NCBI GenBank assembly: GCA_028534125.1 | Contig: CM052818.1 | Span: 17,608,001 to 17,672,000 of the forward strand | DNA: 64,000 nucleotides | Reading direction: 5' to 3' | DNA from: Lama glama | Lineage: Eukaryota | Part shown: one piece after another, positions 38,881 to 48,320 of the stretch | Position numbering within the stretch: position 1 is the first letter of the stretch | How the letters are laid out: every line of letters starts with the position of its first letter | The notes under the pieces: model-generated | The model's input: only the letters and a program-made list of their open reading frames with translations | Told to the model about the DNA's origin: nothing | Database searches by the model: none | Position numbers and translations under genes: made by a program

Positions 38881-39755
38881 GTGGTGATGACATTTTAAAT
38901 CAACTCTGTTGAACTATGACAGATGTTCTAGGGGCATAAAACATAGACATAATTTCTGTGTCATAGAAATATATGTAATAAGGTAAACCATACAACCAAG
39001 AAGTTGCCAAATGTTTGGATTTAAACAGAATTTGGAAAGGCACCTACCTCTACTATTCTAATGCACTGAGAAAATGCTGCTCAGTGTCTTGTAAGAGTTG
39101 ATTTGCATTTTATTAATCCATATAGGGGCACAGCCATAGGCAATGCCATGTTATAACTGCAGATGTAACCACGACAATAAGCAGCATTGTGCTGCATGGA
39201 TCACACTTAGAATCAGTCTCCTCTTCTCCTCCCCTCAACCCCCTCCTCCTTCTCTCTGTGTCTCTGTCTTTGTCTCTCTGTGTCACTGTTTCTCTCCTTT
39301 GATTAACAGCGTTTGCTAAGTGATCTGTTTTTCCTGTTCTTTGTTCATTTAGATGCTCTAGATATAATAGAGCATGAATTAGAAGTAAACTCTGGGTGTG
39401 GACACAGATGGTTCAGGTTGTCACAATCTTCTAAGTCTCAGGAAGGTGATTAAGGAGGAGAACTTAGAGGGAACTGCAGCATCCCTGCAGCTGTGCAGTG
39501 ACTCTTCCAGAGATCTGGCCTGGAGAAGAGGGAACCACAATGTCGGGCATAGATTGGCACTGCCTATCTTGTAGGTTACCAGTGAAATTGGCACAGATGC
39601 ACTAAAGAAGCAATGCTGAAGTGAATCAGATCCTGCTACCAAAGGGATCAACTCAACAACAGCAGCGTTTATGTGAGGGACCAGTTGAAGTGAGAGATAC
39701 AGAACCTATTCAACTGAGGGGACAAGAGGATTTCAAGACACAAAAGTGAAATTTA

Positions 39756-39933
39756 GGGGGGAGGGTGTAGCTCAAGGGGTAGAGTGCATGCTTAGCATGC
39801 ACGGGGTCCTGGGTTCAATCCCCAGTACCTCCTCTAAAAATAAACAAACAAATAAACCTAATTACCTCCATCCCCGTGCCTCACACACACACACACAAAA
39901 CCTAAAAAAAATTAGAAACAAAATTGTTTTTAA
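39756..39933 (+). mobile_element. Vic-1-type tRNA(Ala)-derived SINE (camelid), full length
   Basis: ggggagggtgtagctcaaggggtagagtgcatgcttagcatgcacggggtcctgggttcaatccccagtacctcc, then aaataaacctaattacctcc and an A/CA tail; TSD TGAAATTTA at 39747-55 and 39934-42. Confidence 0.9.
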
Positions 39934-42221
39934 TGAAATTTATTCAGTTAAGTGGATATTTTGCTGTCCTCTTTAAGCACTCCCAGAACTGTTCTTCATA
40001 TTATCATGTGAGGAACAAAAATAATTCTGCATTTGTTGTAATAGCAACTTACATAAACATTCCTTTATGAGAACTTTCACATTTACAAAGTGCTTTCACA
40101 CATCTCAAAATTGATCCTCATGATATCCCTATGAAATGGAGAAAATATTATATCATGTATAAATGTTTACATACACATATATTCACATACATAGTATATG
40201 TACATGTGTACATATATATATAGTCACATATACAGTAAATATAGTCTTATGTACTGTTGAGAACACAGAAACCAGTTCAAGATGATGCATATTACTTATG
40301 AGATCCAGATTGAGACCTGACTTCTGGACTGGTATATATTTTCCATTATTGGTCAACATACTACAAACTAAACTGAAGTGGTTCAACGGTACAATGTTCC
40401 AAATATGTATTAATGAACCAAAGTAGGTACCATACAGAATGAAATAGTCAGATATGGAACCCCTGAGTTCCAGGTTAACTATCACCAGCAAAGACTGAAT
40501 CTTCTTAGTGTATGAACAAAAGAATATTGTAAAATTTAAGCCAGATCATGTTTACTCTCAATCACTGCTTGAGAAAAACACTCGTAGTGGTACTGCTCAG
40601 ATATTGGCTAATTTGGGGGAGCTCAGTATAGAAACTAGCATATATTTAACAAATGGGTCAAAAAAATTCAGAAACCCAACTTTCTGTCAGCTAAATCGTC
40701 ATCATCATTTCCAACCACATCCTTATTTTTTGGTGTTCCGTACTCCAAGCTTTGTGTGGGATAAAAATTCTCATATCTTTCCAAGTTAAAGGTCTACCAA
40801 GCGGACACTGGCCATGGTCCTGCCCATTAGGAAAGGCATATTCTGGATAACTAGCTGCCTGTGGATCCTTCTACCCGTGTGATTTTGACCCTCCAGTTCT
40901 AGGGCCATCATGTAGATGAGACTGCCCTGATCAATGAAAGCCATGTCTAGATTGTATCTGGTGAAACAACTGTATTATTAACAAATGGTCGCTTCCATTT
41001 ACTGATCCACAAGACATAATAAGAGATAATTTGACAAAACCCTAATGATGATTGTGTGAGAGAGACAAAGATAAATATCTCATTAGCACTTACAGTGTGA
41101 AAACAGTGGTTAATAAGAGGGACCTTGGAAATTTTCATCAGTGGATTGATGAGAAGAGAGACAAAGAGTTCATTGAGTTAATTTTGTAGCCAGCATGGCC
41201 TGAAATGTTCTAAGTCAAGGGAAAAAATGAGTAAAAGCTTCAATCATTTCCATTTTCTTTCTGTGCTGAAGAATTTAGCTATGCAGAGATAAAAGGCAAG
41301 ATGTTTAAGGTCTTTAAAAAATAAGTTAAGAAAAAATTATCACAAGTAAATAAAGCACTTTTGGGGTTTACTCCATTCAGAATAGCCATGGCTATATCAA
41401 CATCTGAATGTTTGTAACCAGAGTGAGAGAGGTGAACACTAACATTGTGTTCCTTTTTTAGTACCATGTAACGTGCTGCCGTGGCAAGCAGTGCAATAGC
41501 TGTGTGTATGTGTCCCCTGTATGTGTGTGAGCTTTCTTCATGACAATTTTAGTGGTTACGTATCTAAAATTCAGTACTCTCCTTTACCACCTTTTAACTT
41601 ATTTTAAATTTATTTCATCAAATATTGTCATAAACCACATCAAATCCTTTAAAGAACAAGATGGTTTTGGATGGATGGATGGAAGGGTGATGAATGGATG
41701 GATAGAAGTCACAGTCTCCTGGTGGTTGGGATTAATAGCTTTGCCATTAATTAGCAGTGTAATTTAGGCAAATAAAAACATGTAATCTTCTAGCTTCAGT
41801 TTCCTGATAAGTAAAATGAAGAGCTTAGATGAATGATCACTAAGATCTGGCTTGGTACAAAAAGATGACTACTTGACCAAAACATGATTCTGTTCCCCAA
41901 CATGATCAGTGCCAACAGAGCTTGGATTTTGCAGGTGTGTTGTTGAAAGTATCCATCATTGGCATGTTACAATTACAAAATCTGTTCTGGCCTCATTACC
42001 AGTAAGGATTTTCAGTGCAACCTGTATGACTAATTAATCCATTCAGTCACAGTAATTGGACTGAAGATTCACATTGACACAGTTAGGAGCCCAGATTTGC
42101 ATTGTAAACATCTGTCAGCATTTATTTAATTTGGAAATCGCCAAACCTATTTCAGAAAGGGCTTTGTCCAAAACCTAAACAGGGAACACATTCAAACATG
42201 TGCATATACTAGTTTCCCTTT

Positions 42222-42267
42222 TAGCATCTCCACCCCACTTCTAGCATCTCTACCCCACTTCTAGCAT
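42222..42267. repeat. 20-bp tandem repeat, about 2.3 copies
   Basis: tagcatctc(c/t)accccacttc twice, plus tagcat. Confidence 0.9.
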
Positions 42268-45200
42268 TCTTTGGAGAATCCAAGAGAATAGATTATTCAA
42301 ATACCTTCCTAAAAATTTAAACTTCACTGTAACTCTTTCTTTGGCTAAGAATGGAAACGCAGTGTGAGCACAGAGGTCATCATTAGCTTAAAGAAATAAT
42401 AAAAAATCACGCACTGTATTTTTTAAAAGCTAAATTTAATTTCAAGTTTCCTGACACCAACCAGGTTTCTCTTTTGCAGGTTTACTATTTTGCACAACTT
42501 TGCTAAAATATGTGTTCTTTGGATTAGGCAGGAATCCAGTTCTTTTCTTTATCTCATAATTTCCTTTAAATTCATTTTTCTGTGGCATTACTATCTATCT
42601 TCCGCTTAGAGTTTTTTCTGTTAGGATGACCAGTATCAAATGCATGTAAAAATGCATGTTAGAATGAGTAAGACTTTGTGATCTCTTTACATGGTGAGTG
42701 TTTTGATCCAGCCCACTTGCACTGCTCTGGAACCATTGCATCCATTTGAAACAGCCAAGACAATTCTGAAGAAAACTCAATGGCTTTCAAGTCTGTCTGT
42801 TTCCGAGTGGACAGCTGATTTATGGTCACTTTTAGTAATAACCTAAAGGCATCAATTGAGAAAAATACATTAAAGAAACATGAAAGCTGGTTGTTTTCAG
42901 GGATATTTAAGCTTTTCCCTAAATATTCATGAATGCTAGTGTTCCAACATTCAAATTGGCTAAATGAGTGTACAAATGGGTATTTTTTTTTTCAAGCAGG
43001 CACTTAACTATAACCTTTGAATAATAGCATCTCCACCTGCATTCTGCATAAGCATGTTGTTTGTGAATATTTATTGAAGTAGTAGATATGGGAGCACTGT
43101 TACATCTCAATCAAAATAAGCTATTAGAATTGAATTGAATGTTGTTATTTGTATTAATGAGTGATTTGTTCCTATGCTTTAGAATAGAATGAGCTCAATA
43201 AGTCATTTACAAGTAGGAGTCACAATTGATACCTTGTTAGGTAGTGACCATATTTTGTGCCCGTCAGAATATTCGGTGTATATAGATGAGTGTCTAATTT
43301 GTTGGTGATAGATTGATCTTCATTTTCTTTGTTATTCATGTGCTGGAGCTAAAATTCATCCTTCACATACAGGATCTCAGCCTATTTTTATTTTTATTAG
43401 ATGAGTGAGCACGGGATTGGCATCTTTATGTGGCATCTACTACTCAGAGAAACAATTAAAGAACCAAAAGCTTTATTGAGACAATGGAAACTACCCTAGG
43501 ATCTCTACAGTCTTTAAATTCCTTCTACCTTTTAAATAGATTGCTGATTAACTAAAATTACCACTTTGATACTTTCCTTGCTTTGATCAAATTGACCCAC
43601 TGTTTGGAAATTGTACAATTTGTATTACAGTTGGGTTTCTTTCTTTTTTTTTTTTTTTAGTTTTTCCCCTTGATGAAAATTGTGACCTCCCCCACTTCTG
43701 AGAAGCTTCTTGCCTCACAGGTTGTCAGTGCAATGGTTTGGACCTAGCATGGAGAATTTGTGTCACTAAATCTAAATCCTGGCATCTTTTTTTTCAGCAA
43801 AACACAGCCAGCAATAAATCTGATAAGAAAGACTATCAGATTCAGTCCAGAAAGGCAGACATGAATGTTCTCTGTCTCCCAGGGCAGCTTCGTGTGGACA
43901 AAAGTATCAGCAAGAACAAGTGTCCATCAATTAGCCATACGCAGCCTGTCAGCTGTCTCAGTCAACAGTGTAAATGTCCATCACAGCAGTGAAAGATTAG
44001 GCTAAATAATGTTAGACAAGTGAGCACCATTGCTTGAGACAATTTTTTTACACTGTATTTGCTGTTCAGAAACAAAGTTTCAATCAAAATTTTAGAGTAA
44101 ATCAAGAAATTCCTTGTGGGCGTCACATTCATAGTGGAAATCCTTTTGCGTGGTTGGAATATACTCTTTCCCTCCCAAAGCAGATTTGTCCTGGTAGGGT
44201 GTTATTCTTGGAGGTCTTTTCGTCCTCATGTGTCAGTCTTTAGCAAAGCTGTGTATCATGAGGAATAAAGAATGCTTCTCTTAACAAGGATACATTACAG
44301 ACTGAGTTCATCTATCCTCTCATCACATCTTTGTAGCACATAGGTATGCAATTGTGCTGTATTTGAAAAAGTGATAGCAAGTGAATATGCAGCAAATTCC
44401 ACCATTTAAGAATGGTGGTGGGGAGCAGGGGGGAGGGGTGGTGTCTCTGCCTAATAACCCTGAATATTAAATACATTGCTCTGACTTCTTACTGTACATT
44501 AAGAGCATCCTTTTTACCTCGTCCTGATTAAGTTTTCCTACCCTATAGCATGTTGCCATTTATCCATAGAACATGTGAATTAAATTTCAGTGCCCTTATT
44601 TCTTGAATTCTGTACAAGTCATTTTTCTGCCTAAATATTTTTAGTAGACATTTTGAACAAGAACAGAGGCTTGGCATGTGAATGTACAGACCACTCTGAA
44701 CCTGGGAAGATCAGCATGGCACCTTGACTTATGAGTGGTTAAATGCACAGTTAGGGACACTTATCCAAATGGACGGTTATGTAAAGCTAATGCTTTTGCT
44801 TGATCTGTTCTGTCTCTTTCAGCAGGTTGTCTCTTTTCTGAAAAAGGTTATAAACATCAGGGAAAGTACACTGAAGAATAGAATTGATTAATGTGACATA
44901 TTTGAGTTTCTTTCTACCACTCTTTCAACAGCATGTCCTAGGGAGGCAGTTCCAAACACAGTGAATTAAATTTAAATTACACAGCTTTGGCTAGAAAATT
45001 GTTTGGTTAACTCAGCCTCCAAAATGAAATTTGATTTTTTTTTCCCTCCACTTGAGCCACTTCCCTCCTTACAGTGATGCTTTCTACCACAGAGTCTATC
45101 GATTTGAGGTTTTTTATTCCCAAGACAATTGCTGGATTTTAATTTCTGAGAGAAAAAATATGAAAAATAAGAATGTGTAATCATTATACCAGCAAAAGCA

Positions 45201-45764
45201 TATTAAAGACTAAAATATCATTGTTTAATAGGGTCCTACTTGGACAGTGATTTTTTTTCCTACTCTAATGGGCTATAGGAGGTATTGTTTATTTCATGAC
45301 GTCTTTTGTTATTTTTGGTACTGTGTTCTGTGAAAGATAACACTGAGAACATTCTAACACTTTCTGTTTCCGGTAGAATTGTTCCAAAAGGCTGTTGAAT
45401 GTAAAAAAGAGGTCGACTTTTAAAACAAGATTTAACTTGTGTGGCCTAAATAATTTACTTTGCATGAAACACTGTACTGAGTTACCCATTTCTAGTCCGT
45501 GAATTTCCTTTAAGAAGCGGGCTTTATTAGTTATATTTGATGTTTGACTTCTAATTCAGAATTTGAATCTGGGAAGCCAAAGACAGAAGCTTAGTTCAAC
45601 AAAGTACCAATAAAACTCTTGTATTTTGATATAAATACTAACCTGAAATCTAAAATCGAGAGTAATTCAGATGTACAACTTCCAGTTTAATATCTAAAAT
45701 TATATTATTTTATAAATACACTGTGAAAATGACTAAGTGGGACTATATTTGTGAGCAACAGTAA

Positions 45765-45915
45765 TGTTAATAACATCACCACTTTTGTAAATATTTACAA
45801 GGTGTTCCCACTCAAGGTATTTCTCATGTACTAATTTAATCCTTACAGCAGTAAGGGACGAACGATTATACGCTTTTTTTTTTTTCAGATGAGAAAAAGA
45901 AGGCAGAGAACAGTT
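45765..45915 (-). mobile_element. MIR fragment
   Basis: atttaatccttacagca...ttttcagatgagaaaaagaaggcagaga. Confidence 0.55.
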
Positions 45916-45930
45916 TTTAAGCTTTCAAAG

Positions 45931-46181
45931 CAGAGTTTGTCAACTTCTACACTATTGTCATTTTGGGTCAAATTGTTTTTTGTTGTGGGAGGGCTGTCAT
46001 GTGCATTTCAGGATTTTTAGCAGCATCCCTGGTCTCTGCTCATTAGATGCCAAGAGTAGCCCACCCACTCCCACCCTCAGCCCAAGTGTGACAAAGAAAA
46101 TGTCTCCTGGCATTGACAAATGTCTTCCCAGGTGGAGTAGCAGAAAGGGGGCCAGCAGCACCACCAGGATGAGAAACACTA
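45931..46181 (-). mobile_element. MER20 DNA transposon
   Basis: cactattgtcattttggg...ggctgtcatgtgcatttcaggatttttagcagcatccctggtctct...aaatgtctcctggcattgacaaatgtc. Confidence 0.88.
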
Positions 46182-46311
46182 AAGAATTTATTCACATCCT
46201 CCTCCTCCACCTCCTCCTCCCAAGAACAAAACAGCAACAACCCTACCCCACTTTCATCAATATAGTTACAGTTCCCCAAGGAAAATGAGAAATTATCCTG
46301 AATTAATTTTA

Positions 46312-46414
46312 TTTTTATTATTATTTTTTCAAATTTTATTTGTTTTTAATAGAGGTACAGGGGATTGAACCCAGGACCTCCTGCATGGTAAGCATGCACT
46401 CTACCACTGAGATA
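46312..46414 (-). mobile_element. Vic-1-type SINE, slightly 5'-truncated
   Basis: Reverse strand reads tatctcagtggtagagtgcatgcttaccatgcaggaggtcctgggttcaatcccctgtacctc plus A tail; perfect 13-bp TSD TGAATTAATTTTA at 46299-311 and 46415-427. Confidence 0.9.
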
Positions 46415-46446
46415 TGAATTAATTTTAAAGAGTATCCACTGTGGTT

Positions 46447-46468
46447 CACACACACACACACACACACA
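46447..46468. repeat. (CA)n microsatellite
   Basis: About 11 CA units. Confidence 0.9.
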
Positions 46469-48148
46469 AGTAGCTTTCCACTTGATGTTAGCTTTTGAAA
46501 AAGTAGATTATCTGCTCGGGGGTGAATTGAAACAACTGACCTGCCAGACCTCATAATCCAATAACTTGTTATTATCAAGTCAATTTGGATGTTATCCTGC
46601 AAGACGTGCTCGTGCCAAAAGGAGGGTGGCTTCTTGCCTTTTACCTCTCACTGTCATGAAAGATACCTACTATCACACCAGTTGCTGGTAGGGATCACCG
46701 GCATTAACAGTCACCGTTCCTGAAACACTGGTATTTTGAACTTCTTTTAAAATGACAGCAGCAAAATGAAAGAGTTCAGTCTCCCAACTGTGTTAGAGGA
46801 ATTAAGAGCAGAGTAACGTGAAACCATCTCAAGATGCCACTAAATGCTTATATTTGTTGGAAGTTATATTGTGAAGCACTAGCATCTGAACGAATTCTTT
46901 ATTTTTTAAATAATTAAAGACCTTGTACTTGAAAGAATTTTAAGCATAATTTTTGTCACAATCATGCATCATCCCTTGTCTCCATTCTTCAAAGTGACCC
47001 AATTCTCTGAACATTTGTACACTTACACTTTAACCTCTGACTGTATTAGATACTCCCTTAATAAAAGCATATCCTATCCTATTTGTGTTTGTTCTTTATT
47101 GTAGGACCTGCATTCTTACAATTCTGCTTTTAAATAAGGGCTTCATCAATGTTGCAGCTTTGGTTATTTTCTTAACAATTATAATTAATCCTTAGCTGAT
47201 GTAATGAGATATTTTCCTTCCCATACCTTGAATTCTCTCTGGTACTTTGACTTTAGCCAAATCTGATGCAAACCTTCACAGTTTCCACATAGTATCTGTG
47301 CTGAGTTTCCTGCCGCTTCCGAGTGGCAGTAAAGAACAACCTTGGGTGCTTATAAATGCGTTGATTATGTGACTAACTGCTAGGATTTACACACTCTGCT
47401 TTTTATTACCGTGATGGTTATCTTTTTTTTTTTTTTTTTTTGCTGTAAGTGCAGTGAAGCAACTAGAATGTCACAAAGAAAACTGTCACCTCTCTCCTAT
47501 TTGCTGTAAAATATCCTCCCACCCCACCCCATACACTCTTCATTTATTCTGTCGCCGTAGTGATGGAAAGGACAATGGGGAGACGATACCTGCTATCTGA
47601 ATAGGACAGAAATGAGAACTGAGTGTGAAAGCTCAACACAAACGAAAAAAACACCTTGAATGGATTATCTTTGCTTCCCTTTTTGCATCAGTGAAAGATG
47701 GTCTCTGCTTAATCTGTGTTTCCTAATAAAGACAAACTACATCTCAAAGACACATCAAATCCTACCTGGTCATGAACATAAAAGGTTATCGCTGTTCTGC
47801 TTTTGGGAAGCCAAGCACAGGCAGTGCGTAAAGCCTACTGATGCCTGCGTTGTAGCCCTCCAGGGCTCTAATAAATTTCAGATCGTCTGCGTCTGCCGGG
47901 CTGTTTTAAACCTCTGCCTGCTTCTGTGTGTGCTTCTCTGTGCCACTGAGTGGAGGGATGTGTACAAGCTGGATGTCACCATTTCCACATCCTTATGTAA
48001 AATAAGCTAGAGTCACGGTTTCACAAATACACAGATTCTTTGGGAAGGGAAATACTGAATTTGGTTTCTCGATCAGTCAGGTAAACACAAATGGTGTCTT
48101 TGCTAGTCAATGAGACAAAGATGAACAGATTTGTTGGGTCCCTTTAAA

Positions 48149-48177
48149 TTAACCTACCAAATGTGATTCTTTTACAG
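48149..48177 (+). promoter_or_regulatory. Branch point, pyrimidine tract and 3' splice site of the NRXN1 exon
   Basis: TTAAC at 48149-53 (putative branch A 48152), then gattcttttacag. Confidence 0.75.
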
Positions 48178-48265
48178 ACCACAGATGACATCCTTGTGGC
48201 CTCAGCGGAGTGTCCCAGTGATGACGAGGACATTGACCCCTGTGAGCCGAGCTCAGGTGGGTTAG
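48178..48265 (+). CDS. NRXN1: Neurexin-1 penultimate coding exon (stalk/Cys-loop exon, SS5+ form, 88 nt, phase 0 to phase 1)
   Basis: Manual translation from ACC 48178 gives [29 protein letters not shown] plus 1 nt (G of the next Ala codon), matching the NRXN1 juxtamembrane stalk I recognise. Flanked by ttcttttacag (AG 48176-77) and donor GTTAGT (48266-71). Too short for the ORF track. Confidence 0.97.
48257..48265 (+). other. NRXN1: NRXN1 splice site 5 (SS5): 9-nt segment between two tandem 5' donors (adds GGL)
   Basis: Proximal donor CAG|GTGGGT (GT 48257-58, exon 79 nt) and distal donor TAG|GTTAGT (GT 48266-67, exon 88 nt); same phase, 3-codon difference. Confidence 0.92.
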
Positions 48266-48314
48266 GTTAGTCGACTTTTTTTCTTACTTTCTCTGCTTTA
48301 CTGTAAATCTTTGT

Positions 48315-48320
48315 TGCATG
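48315..48320 (+). promoter_or_regulatory. RBFOX-binding element UGCAUG downstream of the SS5 donors
   Basis: TGCATG about 50 nt 3' of the distal donor; function inferred from position only. Confidence 0.45.

Larger units (their letters stand above)
1..48177 (+). other. NRXN1: NRXN1 intron upstream of the penultimate exon (partial)
   Basis: The preceding Ser/Thr-rich stalk exon (ending ...EPISQ) was not found in the window; sequence is repeat-rich and non-coding. Confidence 0.85.

Noticed and set aside
39540-39605. ORF MSGIDWHC... resembling the recalled human gamma N-terminus
   Set aside because: Only three residues match, there is no phase-0 donor, and the ORF ends in TAA.
39756-39832. tRNA-Ala(AGC)-like fold
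   Set aside because: It is the head of a Vic-1 SINE, with SINE body, A-rich tail and TSD; not a tRNA gene.
47660-48010. 116-aa Cys-rich ATG ORF just upstream of the exon
   Set aside because: Ends in a stop, has no in-phase strong donor or recognisable homology, and its composition reflects TG-rich intron.
48072-48086. ATC AGT CAG|GTAAAC (ISQ plus donor), mimicking the end of the upstream NRXN1 exon
   Set aside because: The preceding codons do not match the Ser/Thr-rich exon, an in-frame TAA lies at 48003 with no ATG after it; most likely coincidence or a decoy donor.
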